Assembly: GCA_964016885.1 (NCBI GenBank)
Contig: OZ024743.1
Location: 284,828,001-284,892,000, forward strand
DNA length: 64,000 bases
Direction of reading: 5' to 3'
DNA from: Eledone cirrhosa
Taxonomy: Eukaryota
Shown here: positions 39,041-52,743 of the stretch, in pieces
How positions within the stretch are numbered: position 1 is the first letter of the stretch
Layout of the letters: every line of letters starts with the position of its first letter
Notes under the pieces: model-generated
What the model was told of the DNA's origin: nothing
What the model saw: the letters and a program-made list of their open reading frames with translations, nothing else
Database searches by the model: none
Program-made: the position numbers and the translations under genes

Positions 39041-40439
39041 ACTTCTTATATTAGGTCTTTACTCTAGTGTCCTTCCATTTCTCCCACCATGATAGTAATG
39101 ATAATAATAATAGTATTGAAAATTATAGGTGAAGTCAGTCAATCATATCTGCTCTAATGACATAAATATGAAACTTAAAAAGGTTATTTCTTTTAAGATA
39201 CAGGTATATTATAAGTATACACAATGTCAATATGTAATTATAGCACAGCTGAAGAAGAGTTGAAGAAAATGTGAACCCCAGCTGGCTTTTACTCTGTATT
39301 AACTCTTAACATGCTGTACTACATAAAACAGCATTACAGAAAAATCATTGACAAGTAGAAAATAACACTATGACTGCATCACATTAAATATTGAAGCCTT
39401 TAATGTATTGCAAATTGCTACAATGACTTGTCCATTAGTAATGATACTATAAACATTTGAATTAACAAACTCATTTTTAAATATTTTCTGGTAAATCATT
39501 ACAGGATGCTAAGAGTTACAGTTGCCTGTAATTGCTAAGCTTGAGATATAAATAAGCTTCATCAAATTTCCAACAATTTCATGTTTATGAATATGTGTTT
39601 GTCTGTGTGTATGTGTATATAGATACAAGTGTTATGTGTATTTCACAACCATTTGGGTCACATCTAAAGCAAATCAACTTGACAGAGCCTGTCACTTTGG
39701 AATTGTTTATTCTCAAGTCAATCCTAGTTGATCATACCTATAAGCAAAGTCATTGTAGCCATGACCATCCCATCTTCTTGGGTATCTAGGATTGACTTAC
39801 ATTCTCCTCTGTATCTTTTTTAAAACTGTAGATTTCTGATTGGCTAAGAGAGGCCTCTACATGATCAATCAACTCTGTGACAGGTGGAGTGACACACCTG
39901 CTGAAGTACACTGCCATCACATCAATATTATCTATCAATAACACTCTATATATTACCGGCAACCCAACACACACTCACACAAACATGCACACACACACAC
40001 AGATCCTATCATTCATCTACACATACACAGACTCCATTAAAAAGGAATAACACAAAAGGAAAAGACCTGTCGTCAGTATCACTAGTCATCATCATCAGTA
40101 TCACTTTTTTTTCCTGTGAGAATTTGTAAAAACTTTACTCAAAGTTTATTTCACCCTCCTCCTCCTCCTCCTCCTCCTCCTCCTCACCACTGTTATCCTG
40201 ATAAATTTAATAGTAAGTTTCTTTTTGATACCAACCTGCTGAAAACTGTCTCTCTTTATTAAACAAAACCATCCATTTTAATGGGTTCCTACATAAATTT
40301 AAACTTTCCATCATAATTTTCTATAACAACCATACATTAAGTTCCTATCTAAACTATAATAAAGGAAGGTCTGCGGGATTGTGTACGTTTTTTTTTTTTT
40401 ATCCCGTTTGTAAAATAAGTTGGATTACTTTGAATAAAT

Positions 40440-40626
40440 AATTGTTTCTACTTTTTGGCACAAGGCCAGCAATTATCCCAGTGTATTACTGGTACTTTAT
40501 TTTATCGACCCCGTAAGGATGAAAGGCAAAGTTAACCTCGGCGGGATTTGAACTCAGTCCGTAAAGGGACGTAACTGTGCTACAAAGCATGGCGTCCGAC
40601 CCTCTACTGATACTGCCAATCCACCG
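40440..40626 (-). mobile_element. SINE family A, young short-tail copy
   Basis: Nearly identical to 57173-57355. Confidence 0.9.
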
Positions 40627-40825
40627 AAGGGTGGTTTTCCTGCCAATCCACCCGAAGGGTGGTTTTTCTGCTAGTCTTAGTAATGAAATAATTAATAATT
40701 TTAGTAAATACCTCAAATTTCTTCATGAATTAATTGAAATAGAGTATATTTCATTAGAAATATTGTTATGAAAGAGTTAACGCAGCTATCAATAGTGTGA
40801 TAGCAACAACCCTCTACTTTTCTAA

Positions 40826-41005
40826 TATGAAGGTCTGCTGAAAAGTTCATAGGCTGTCTATGAAAATGTGATGCTGTGAAATCTTGGATACATTAATTTC
40901 AGCTCTTCTAATATTTAACTGCATTGTTTCTTTCCAGAGACTATGTTGAAAAATAAACCTCATCTTGTCATTCCATGAGAGTATCTTTGTCAGCCGACAC
41001 TCATA
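40826..41005. mobile_element. Mariner-like MITE
   Basis: TATGAAGGTCTGCTGAAAAGTTCATAGGCTG terminus; internal sequence is the reverse complement of 48022-48220. Confidence 0.6.
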
Positions 41006-41239
41006 TATATTGTTTCAATGAAATTGGTAGTTCTAATCCATACTTGTAGAATGCAAGTCAACATCATATTGACGAACTTGCTATTAAAATAAATAACAGG
41101 ATATTTTTAATAATCTCAGTTATACATGCATATGTGTGTGTGTGTTTCAGACCTGCTTCCAAGACAGCTACAGTTTTTTCTAGTTCATTGTATGATGAGG
41201 AGAAGGTCCATAACCTAAATCACCTGCTTACCTCTCCTG

Positions 41240-41289
<50 letters not shown>

Positions 41290-41927
41290 CATACACATGT
41301 GCACACACATGCATGCACACGTGCACACACACACATATATGCTAGCATATGCACACAAACACATACACATTGCTCGATAGCAGTAATACTGCTGCCGAGT
41401 CAGTCAAGTGTGTGCAGGAATTAACTCTAATCCTGCTAGTCTGCTCAGTCCGTCTTGAACAGCAGTTGTCTATTCTACTAAACATCAATAACACTACCCA
41501 TTAGTGACTTGGTATTTTTTCTTTTTTCTGGTTGTGTGCACATGAATTCACATACATCTGTATATACACTTATACACACACACACTCACATACACTTGAA
41601 TACACATACAAACATACATACACACTCACATACTCATACACGTATATGTTATAATCTAATCTTTGATGCATATATGATGATGATGATATAATGCCTGGAG
41701 ATATAACTATATGCATATATGTATGTATGTGTATATATATATATATGTGTGTGTGTATGTGTGTGTATGTGTGTAAATCAGAATAGAACCAGTTTGAAAC
41801 TGGTTAGACCATTACTCAACAGAGTACTTGATACTTGGGGTAGTAGAGTATGGCTATATTACAAAGAGTTGGGACCCGACAGCAGAGCACTTGCCATTTC
41901 AACAGCTAGTTTCAGACTGTATGTATG

Positions 41928-42025
<98 letters not shown>

Positions 42026-43065
42026 TTTTACCAGTTTTAAACTATTAAGACTATTATTCAGCAGAGTACTCAATATTTGGAATAGTAGAGTGTTAATATA
42101 GTAGAGAGTTAGGGCCCAATGCCAAGAGCTCAGTCACTGGGCCCTGAATCTCTACTATATATATATATATATACACACACACACATACACTTTTTTATTT
42201 GTTTTGTTTTTTTATTTTTTATTTGTTTTGAAGATACTTGATGACATGATGTGAAATTGTGTGTTGAAACAGATATTGTTATGCTTTGAGAAGGTCATGC
42301 AACCAATAAAAATACACACTCCAGTTGATTTTCATGTCAATTTTATTATTAGTTGGGTAACTAATCCATTCCTTGGTTGGTTTAGTAACTGGATGGTTAT
42401 TTAATTGTCAAAGCTGTTTCATCACACATTCTGTGGCCTAACCATCTCAACAACTATTTTGGCCCACTGTGTCTCCTCTTATTTTGTTTTCTTCTAGTTA
42501 CTCCTACTCCAAAACAAAATGTGTGTGCAGATATCTGTAAACTGACATGTGCAACACACTCAAACACATCATCATCATCATCATCATCAACATCATCATG
42601 ATACATATATAAATGCATAGAATAGGCTTTTTTTTACAGTAAACATTGGTCAACCCAGTGTACATTTTCCCAGTGTACTGCATAGTGGGATGGAGCCCAA
42701 AACTATGTGACCTCCCTAATCATTCAGACATGCCTGTATATGACTGATATTTTAAATTATGAATTATAAACGTATATGAATGAAAATGTAAAATTGCAAT
42801 TAAATGTATATGAAATGTGAAAAGGAAATAAAAAATATTTAAAGAAATAATTATTTCAAAGAAAGGGTATTTTCTAGGAAATTGAGATAAAATGTATAAA
42901 AAATAGGGCAATGAGATCCAACAACATCTAACTATTCATAGAATTAACAATCCGTAGTCTTGTAATTGCATAATAGGTATGTGGAAATGTATCTTTGAGT
43001 ATAGGTTGCTTCTACTATGGTTTTCCGCAATTGTTGGAACTAATCTTATTATTATTGTTCTTATG

Positions 43066-43290
43066 AGGGCAGTGGATTGGCAGTATGGGTAGAGCACCGG
43101 ACATCCAGCTTTGCAGCATAGAGTTACGGTCCTTTACGTTCTGAGTTCAAATCCCACTGAGGGTAGCTTTGACTTTCATCCTTACATGGTCGCTAAAGCA
43201 CCAGTAATACATTGGGGTCCATTTAATCGACTTTCCCCTCCCCTTCAAATTGCTGGCCTTGTGCCTAAAGTAAAAACAATTATTATTGCA
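43066..43290 (+). mobile_element. Full-length SINE family A
   Basis: Head GGGCAGTGGATTGGCAGTATGGG, B-box, core, full tail, ATTATTATT end. Confidence 0.85.
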
Positions 43291-43299
43291 CTTATTATA

Positions 43300-43665
43300 T
43301 CTGGAATGAAATGGACCTTCACCGGTTTCGACGATGAGTGTTCCAGTCATTCACTCAATGGAACAGCCTGCTCATGAGAACATTTAAGTAGCTGAGCATT
43401 TCAGAGACATATATATATATATATACCATTTATACCATTAATGAAATTCTCAAGGCGGCACAGTGTATGACAAGACTAGTCTTTTGAATTACTCATACAA
43501 TCCATCTAATGAACTTCTAATCAGCTTCCATCTACTCAATTTCACTCACATGGCATAGATTGATCCAAGAATATGATAAAAGACACTTGCCCAAGATGCC
43601 ACACAGTGAAATCAAATCCAGGAGCTAATGATTGTGAAGTGAAATTCTTAACCATTCAGCCATGC
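43300..43665 (-). mobile_element. SINE fragments (family B-like)
   Basis: GGAACAGCCTGCTC.. block also at about 57950-58130 in reverse; GACACTTGCCCAAG core as at 7995-8150 and 63720-63870. Confidence 0.5.
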
Positions 43666-46600
43666 TGTCTACTATTATATCTGAAACAATTACTATATAT
43701 ATCAATCATTGGGAAAATCTAAAAGTTTTTAAATTTACAAATAAATATGTTACATGTTCCACACACTGGTAAAAACAAGAAAATGGTTTTAAGAGAAACT
43801 TTTTTGTTGTTAAATGTGAAAGTTGTTAAATTTACTATTTGTTCAATTTGCGCTATTAGTTTTTGAAGTTTCCACTTTAGCACATTATCTTGATCAACAA
43901 AATGTTGTCTTTTTTCATTTTAAAAAAATACTTGTGGTTTTAAACAGTTTAAAAATCTGTGTAGTTACAACATTGTAATGGATTGCATAAACAGGATTGC
44001 ATAAACATTATTGTTTGTGATTTAGATATGATTGCATAAGCATGCCTGTAAATGTGATAATTCCAAACAAGCCAAGTTTGCTGTCCTGTTTCAATTCTCA
44101 GCTCTAATTATTACACTGACACCCCACTTTCAAAAATTGCCTTGAAACTCAATAACGTATATCCAAACTACATATTATATATTTACACTATATAAATGAG
44201 GTGTATTGCCTCATAATGGAGAGGAAGGCAATAGCCACTATTAGAAATGTTCATTTTCTAAAAACAATCTTGATATTGCTGAGGTTATGAAATATCCAGG
44301 AAAGGCAACCAAATAGATTTTTTTTTTAAACTTACAAAACTAAAGAATTAAAAATAATTCTTAGCACAAGGTAACTACTTTATCTAAGTAATAATCATTT
44401 CGTCTAAAACCAATCTTGGTATTGCTGAGGTTAAGGAATATCCAGGAAAAGCCACCAAATAGAATTATTATAATTCCTTAGTTGTTTTTTTTAATCTAGG
44501 CACAAGGGATATACTATTTTAAAAGGTTCACTGGTCTGATTCAGTGTGTTTTTTTAATATTTATTTTATCAAACCCTGGAAGGATGACAGACAAAGTCAG
44601 TCACATTGAGATTTAAAACTGAAAGCAAGAGGAACAAAATTAAATATTGTATAGCTTATATTTCAGAACAATATTGTTTTGACCATAATATTTGAAGATG
44701 CTTCTAGTTATATTTATCTTGGTATATACCACAATCTTCTTGCATATTCAAGCACTCTTTTACAGACACGTTTTATCAATTACCTTCTTAGTTACTCTTT
44801 TTTCTTTTCTTTATCTTATTTTTTTTAACTTCTTTTTCCTTTTACTTGTCTCAAAATATATGAACCCACATTGAGCAAATCAAGGTTTATTTATATCCTA
44901 TACTTTAACTTTAATCTATTCACCATAAGAGCCAGTTGAAATTCTAGCAGTCAGTTCTACATTTCTATTCTTGCTAGAAGTCGAACCAGATAGTTTTAAG
45001 TGGGTCTGAGACATATACCTTATTTTTCATTTAATCTCATTTCACTAGGTTGCAATGAAATCCCTAACAAAAAATTATCTTATATTTCCAGTGATTTGCT
45101 AGCAATATTTCTTTATTATTTGGGGTTTTTTGCTTCTTTTTTAACATGTTCTTCCCTATTTGATGGAATAACAGATTATTTTTACCTTTACTTTGAAAGA
45201 TAGGTATTGGTAGGTAGAATCTCCAGCTGCTATCAGTTACACCTCAATATATTTTAGATAGCTTCAGCTGATTTAGTTGGTTTATGAGAGATTTCTTCTA
45301 CACCTTTATAGATTCAGCTGGTTCATACTGCCTCAGCTTGTAATGTAAAAGTACTCTGTTTGAAGTATTTATGGGAAATGGAGACGAGCATTTCTTAATT
45401 ATTTTTAGTTCCTTTATATACTCTTGTTTTCTCCCTCTCCTATTTTGTTTTTAGTCTACATTCTAACCTCTATCATCTTTCCATTTTCACTACCCTCCTA
45501 CTGTCGACCTTTTGCAGAAAATGGCAAGACTTTTTTTTTTACACTGTGGAGACAAGTTATATTTGTGAAATAAGGATTTAGTATCTATTCAAGAACTATG
45601 CCTGTCTGACTTCAAGCAATATCTTGTGTATGTCAGCTGATAGAGAGCTAACTGAGAGGTAAAACATGGGAATAAATATCTATTAGTATTTAGTATTATT
45701 CCTCTTCTGGTTTCATATTCCATCAGGAGAAACTATATGGATAAAGTAACTTCTGATAGTACTCTATGTCTGATTCAATAAAGAATAAATAGGCATCCTA
45801 ATAAACTTTAACATGTGAATGTCTAAAGGATTAAGATTATGAAGTTATGATTTCAAATTCCTACAGCCAATTAGTAAACCATCAGCAAAGCCATATAATT
45901 TTACATGTTTTAGCCTACCTGGTTGATAATAGGTTTCCATTGTACTTTTTAGTTAGAAAGTATCCTTTGTTGGTTTAATGTGTCCTTTTTAAAGATAGTA
46001 AGACTGGTTTTAGGGAGATTTGGCTACTATTTCTAGCAGGCCGAGTAACTATGTAAAGGATCAATTGTTGGGTTGTGTGGCTGGCTATCTACACACACTC
46101 ACACATGTATGTATGTATTTATATTGTCACTGTTTTAATGTTCCTTTTCCTATACTGGTTATTTTTCAAACAAAGTGTGGATTTGGAGATGATGTAGCAA
46201 AGAAGAATAAAGTATGGTTAATAAAATATAGTTCAAGGAAGAAAAATTATTCTTTATACTGAATAAAAACATTGACATAGGACATATTATTATAAACTGA
46301 AAACAGCCACTGTTAACTTTCTCTTTAAGACCTATCTATCCATTTAATTGGCAAGGTTTGAGCATAGTACAAAATGCCTAACAGCATTTGTTCAGCTCTC
46401 TGCACTCTGAATTCAAAACCTGCCATAGTCACCTTTGCCTTTCATCCTTTCAAGGTTGATAAAATAAAGTACCAATCTATGGTGCTGGGTTAGTGCATTG
46501 GACGAAATGTTTTGCCTTATTTGTTCTAGCTTTATGCGTTCTTTATTCAAATCTCATTGTACCCTACTCATGTGATAGACTTAATTAGTTGTCAAGTTTA

Positions 46601-47623
46601 ACACTGCCATTTAGCTATCGGTTGTATTTAGCAATATTCACTCTGTTGCAAGCATTTAGACCATGTCTCTCCCTCCCATCTGTCCCAGAGCCCCTGAAAA
46701 GGGACATGTGCACTGTCCTTTCCTCTCTGGCTTAACAATATTAAAAAACAAATATTCATTATTCAAATTTATATATCAAAATATAAAAATACATTCTTCT
46801 AAAGAAGTATGTATTATAAAAAGATAAACTAGGGATTCAAAATATTAATATGAAGCTATTGTCATTGATAAATAAAAGGAACTTCCATAAAAGTTATATT
46901 ATAGAAAACTTTCTTTCCATTTGAGTATTGACCTCATCTTTGTGTGTGTGTGTGTGTGTGTGCGCGCGCGCGTGCATGCGTGCGTGCGTGTGTGTGTGTG
47001 TGTTTTCTTTTTTCTCATTTTTTTCTAATCATCTTTATTTTATCATAGTTACACACATCTACACACCTTTGGGTGAAGGTTGAACTTAAAACTTTATTTC
47101 TAATGCAAGGTTTCAAAATTGTTATCCACCATATATAATTTCCTCTTTTTTTATTTTCGTGGAGTAAAAATATAGTAATTAAATCTCAAAAATAAATGTT
47201 ATAATAATAATTTGTTTTGCCTTTTGAAATAGACTGAGAAAGGGTACTAAAAAAAAAAAGAACATAAACAAAGATGCTAAAAGTAAGTGTGGAGGAATAG
47301 AAATAAGATAGCTGAGTTTACTGTGTATATCAATGCTGCAGTCAGCTGTAAGTGGTAAAATGATTCTGTTAATGAATATGTGAAGAATGTATTACAATTC
47401 TTCAAGACTATGTCATTATATTATGTACTATAATATAGCCAAATGGGAGTACACTTCTCAGATTTCTCTTCGTGCTAATTCCACCACAACTGCCATATCA
47501 CCTGTATTTCAGATAAAATTTGTTGATGAAAAGTAAAAGATAAATTTATCAATTACTACATCTCTTTTCACTATCATCTAAATAAAATAAAGTTAGTATT
47601 TATTCAGCTTCTCAGAAATCGGC

Positions 47624-47658
<35 letters not shown>

Positions 47659-48021
47659 ATATATATTTGGGTAGATATCTAAATGTTTAAATCCATACCA
47701 TTGTTTCAAGCAACTATCTGAATGAATATCAGTGATCCTTAGTGCTCTACCATCCTACTGTGTGCTTACATGAAGCAAAGAGAAAGCCAGGCATAAATTT
47801 CTCTTTTAATTCTTAACATCCTGTAATGATTTTGCAGAAAATATCTAAAAGCAGATGTGTTAATCCAAATGATTATAATATCTTTACAAGTGGACAGATT
47901 GTTGTGAAAATTGTCAGTATAAGAGTAACTTTAACCTTAAACGTAACCAACTTTTAATGTAATGTAGTCATAGTACTGCTTTATATAGTTAATGTTGTTT
48001 CATGTGGAAGAGAATGTTAAG

Positions 48022-48220
48022 TTACAAGGGTGAACAGTTTATAGGCTGAAAAGTTCATAGACTGATCAAGATATTCTCATGGAATGACCAAGTGAGATTT
48101 ATTTTTCAACATAGTCCCAGGAAAGAAACGATGCAGTTATTGATAAAAAGAGTTGAAATTGATGCATGTAAGATTTCACAGCTCTATCATAAATCTTTCA
48201 TAGTCAGCCTACCCTCGTAT
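48022..48220. mobile_element. Mariner-like MITE
   Basis: TACAAGGGT ... ACCCTCGTA termini; homologous to 40826-41005. Confidence 0.65.
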
Positions 48221-48859
48221 ATGAGAGATGAGTTGATCTTTAATTGTCCCTGTCGTGATACAGTAGGATGATGAGGCTTATCATGACACCACAAACATGG
48301 ATTATAGATCTTAACTGTGACATTTCCCCCAACATCTCAATTTACACTAACACATCGCCTTGCAATGCAAGACACTTGATGTCTATTGTCCTCACCTCTC
48401 AAGACATGTACTTACTTCAGTCATATCTCTTGTAAGTGCTTCTTAACAAGACATAAGCACAATTTAGAAAACTGCCTGATAGTTTCTGTTGATTGTATGT
48501 CCCTAAAACTCAAGTATAGGTCCCTTTTGATCTGTGTGGAATTTTGAGTAGATGCTTGAGAATTCTGAGTGGGCAGTGTGCTCTGTAACTGTATTCAATG
48601 GAGAACCTTGCATGACATGTTGGTTGGATGCCCCCCACCCTGCCAATTGCCCTGATATTGATGCTCCTCTTTCTGCATGCTACTGCCTACAATAATAATA
48701 GTGTTAGAATTCATAATATTATTTCTCAACTTGATACTTTTCTTGGCAGAGCTATTCTGCCAAAGAACAGGTTGTAGATCACAGATAGTGATACAGCCAC
48801 CAGATATGATGTTTAGTTGCAATATAACTGGGCTCCTGCTGGACAAATAAGCAACCAAC

Positions 48860-49320
48860 TTCAGATCAACAAATAAAGTGTTCTGGCAGACCATCCACCA
48901 ACTTCATAAGATATCCTCCTCCACGCCTGCTATCAGGAATGGATCTGGGGTTCTCCTCTCTTCAGAGAGGTACATCCTCATGAGGTGGAGAGAATACTAT
49001 GCTGATCTCCTAAACCCAGTCACAACAGCATCTTCTGATGTACATGAGGTGCATCTGGGAGCAATGTCTGACTTCTTGGAGACTGAGGTCACAAGAACAA
49101 TTAAAGAACTCAAATGTGGCAAGGGCACTGAGGTGGATGAAATTCAACCCAAGATGTTAAATGCCTTAAACAGAGAAGGTATTTTCTGGCTGACTCACAT
49201 GTGCTGGGTGGCCTGGATCTCTGGAAAGGCACCTAGGCAATGGCAATTGGAAGGTGTGCTTGAAGACTCTGCCCCACGACCTCTCAGGAATAAGTGGGTA
49301 AAGAAAGAAGAAGAGGCGGA
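48860..49320 (+). pseudogene. Internally deleted Expander/Rex3-like (RTE superfamily) LINE fragment
   Basis: FWQTI..L..RWREYYADLLNP..EV..IK.LK.GK..VDEIQP.ML..WLT..AW.SG..P..WQ joined to a 3' end TGCCCCACGACCTCTCAGGAATAAGTGGG. Confidence 0.75.
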
Positions 49321-50154
49321 GAAGGAGAACAACAACAACAACTTGGACAGATATAAACTTTAATACATGACTGATGATTATTTTACCAATCCCAGGAGGA
49401 TAAAAGCAAAATTAACCTTGGTGGGATTTGAACTCAGAAAATAAAATGACACAATTAAATGCTACAAAGCATTTTGTTCAACACCTTATGAATTCTGCTA
49501 ATCCATTGCCTTTTCAGAATTCATGTTTAATAATAATTATATATATAATTTAATAATAATTATAAATATAAAAGAATAATATCATTACTACCACCATAGC
49601 CCCTATTCCAACACTTTATAACATTTCTGTTATTGCAGCTGTGCAGTATAATGCTGCTACTACCATGCTGCCTTCAATGCTCAACTAGTAGTGTTTACAA
49701 TATCATTGTAATGACTATACTACTATACAACCATCACTGAATCATTGTTGCATGAGGGGGGTATTAGGGTAAATAGCAAGAAAAACATTTAAACCAAGGA
49801 GCAGCTCAGCATTATAAGGGGTTGCCATTATGTCTGTTAAGTTATCAATAGATCTGTAATGGTCATTGTTGTATAGGGGAAATAGGAAGTTACCACCCAT
49901 GGAAAGTGTGCAGTGAGCAGGAGTTGGAGAGGTCATATTAGATTGTTTACAATTATATTGATCTGAATATTCAGTCAATGAATTTTATTTTATTTGATTT
50001 ATCAATAAATATGTTTGTAAATAGATGTGTGTATGTGTGTTTAAATATATATCTACATACATATGAATACATTATATGTGTACACGTATGTATGAATATA
50101 TACATACATGTGATTGTGTGTATGTATATATACCTTGTAAGTGTGTATGTGTAT

Positions 50155-50420
50155 GTTCAAACTGCTATGCTTCATGGTAGCAAAATTGGGCTATGAATGC
50201 GGAATATTTACGATAGACTGGAATGGAACGCTGTATGTGTAATGTTGGTGTGCATGAACAACGAAGCATGAGTGAACTGAGAGAAAAACAGGAGGAATGA
50301 GATGTTGTATGAGAGAAACGTTTGCTCTGATATGGAATAAGATACATAAGTAGAAGGAGAGTTGTTTAAACAAATGTAGAGCATTTGTAGTAAATGGAAT
50401 CTGTGGAAGAGGGAGACCAG
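50155..50420 (+). mobile_element. Decayed RTE C-terminal fragment
   Basis: TAMLHGS..RLE..MCNV..LREK..GRGRP remnants. Confidence 0.7.
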
Positions 50421-51386
50421 GTGAGTGTTTTCATGGCACCAATACTAGAGAGGCTGTCACACATTCATTCAGACTAAAAAGTCCTCTCAAATCCTATATT
50501 GTCTGTGTTCAGTTGCTAACACCGTATGTAGCCTTCAGTCACTCACTATGTTTACTTTCAGAGTTGCAGTGCTCGTACTGGTGGACTGGTCTTTTGTATT
50601 ATGGCATATAACCAGTCTGCTCAGCCATATATCATCCCTTTCATGAGGTTCAGATTATGTTTGTATATAACATATATATGCATATAAGATATACGTAGAC
50701 AATGTACATAATACAGGTGTGGGAACAAACAGAAGAAAAGAGCAATCAACACTTAATGTTGAAAATGTTTATATCTATAGTTTGATTTATTTATATATTA
50801 ACAGTGGTCTTATTGTCATAAACATATCTACCTCCTTCAGATGCTTTTAAATTAAAAGGCATCTATTGGATCTAGATGTATCCATGTCTATGAAACCACT
50901 AGTGATGCATAAATAAGCCAAACTGTTAGTATATGTATTGTATATCATCATCATCATACTTCCATTTTCTATACAGGCATATATTGGATGTGTTGACATA
51001 GTCAAAGATGAGGCAGGTCAGTGGACCAAGTCTTGTTCATGCCTTCCATCTTTATCATGGTTTCTACAATAAGACACCCTTCTAACACCAACCAATTTAC
51101 ATAGTATACTGGGCGCATTTTATCATAGTACCAGCGCTACCATTTACATAATATAGTAGGTGCATTTTATCATGGCTCCAGTACTATCACTTATAGAGTG
51201 TAGTAGGTGTATTTTTTTCATGGCACTAACACAAGAGAGGTCACTGTGCTGTGACCTCGATGAAGTGAAGAGAGCCAGTGTGTGAAAAAAGGTTATGTGA
51301 GGTTTTGGTAGGAGAGATACTGCAGTGGGGGTAATAGTAGCTGCATATTTACTATATATATATATATTTAATATGTTCTTTATATG

Positions 51387-51439
<53 letters not shown>

Positions 51440-51618
51440 GTTTATGCATATATATAATATGTATATGTATATATATTTAGATGTGTACACAAGAGAAACT
51501 CCAGATTAACAAGACTCAAGCTTGGCCTTAAAAAGAACATATTAAATATTAATATCTACTACAGTGTTAAGTATTCATTCCCACAATCATATATATATAT
51601 ATATATATAATATATATA

Positions 51619-51671
<53 letters not shown>

Positions 51672-51724
51672 TAGTAATAATAATAAATTTCAAGACTAAA
51701 ATCCAAAGAGGGCACGATAAGGAT

Positions 51725-51877
51725 AAATATTCTATTTTAGGCACAAGGCCAGCAATTACTGGTACTTTATTTTATCGACCCCGTAAGGATGAAAGGCAAA
51801 GTTAACCTCGGCGGGATTTGAACTCAGAATGGCAAGGGCCGTAACTCTATGTGTCAAAGCATGGTGTCCGACTCTCT
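51725..51877 (-). mobile_element. SINE family A
   Basis: Young core TTTATCGACCCCGTAAGGATGAAAGGCAAAGTTAACCTCGGCGGGATTTGAACTCAG. Confidence 0.85.
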
Positions 51878-51969
51878 ATATACATATATATATATAATAT
51901 AATATAATATATATATAATATAATTTATATATATATAATATATATATATAATATATATATATATATAAT

Positions 51970-52001
<32 letters not shown>

Positions 52002-52039
52002 ATATATATATATATATGTATATATATATAATATATATA

Positions 52040-52070
<31 letters not shown>

Positions 52071-52247
52071 TAATATATATATATATATGTATATAAATAT
52101 ATAATATGTATGTGTGTGTATATATATGTATATATAGATGAAAAGGACCTGTCTTACCCATGCAAGTGTGGAAAAACGGATGTAAAAGCGATGATGAGGA
52201 TGTAGTTAAAAAAAGTACTCAATACATTAGAAGAGTGTAAGCATCAC

Positions 52248-52376
52248 TATTTAATATAGAAATGGCTTTTACAGGACTAGAACCATTTCATTTGTATGAA
52301 ATCATCAGGAATATCCTGATAAATTTATACGAATAAAACAGTTCTAGTCCGGTAGAAGCCATTTCTATATTAAATA
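52248..52376. repeat. Short fold-back palindrome with hammerhead-like cores
   Basis: Arms of about 63 bp around ATCAGGA-ATA-TCCTGAT; minus arm reads CTGATGA-TTTCATACAAAT-GAAAT..GTC; related sequence at 37007-37080. Confidence 0.8.
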
Positions 52377-52687
52377 AGGATATATATATATATAACATAC
52401 ATCAATGAAAAATATTTAATATTATAGCAAAGGGAAAATATCAATATGGTTATTTGGAGTTAAATATGTAGACAATAATATTAAAATCCTTTCAGATTGT
52501 CTCTGATATTCATTGATGAGTAATATTGGAAGTAACTGATTTGAAATAACACACCATGAAAGCCACTACCACTACCACCTGCATCACCCAGCCCACACAC
52601 ATACACACAAACTCCTTACTATCATTCATCTTGAGATTGATTAGAATTTTTTCAAAATGAAATTAAACACATGTGTAGTCATACGCA

Positions 52688-52741
<54 letters not shown>
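52688..52741. repeat. (AAT)18 tract, 5' target flank of the Dong element
   Basis: Perfect repeat abutting the element start. Confidence 0.95.

Positions 52742-52743
<2 letters not shown>

Larger units (their letters stand above)
37318..39578. repeat. 252-bp near-identical direct repeat (37318-37569 and 39327-39578)
   Basis: Copies start AACAGCATTACAGAAAAATC and end CCAACAATT; three substitutions seen by eye. Confidence 0.95.

Noticed and set aside
39786-39974. Minus-strand exon with GTAAGT donor
   Set aside because: Appears to lie in a dispersed repeat related to sequence near 45960-46070; no recognisable protein
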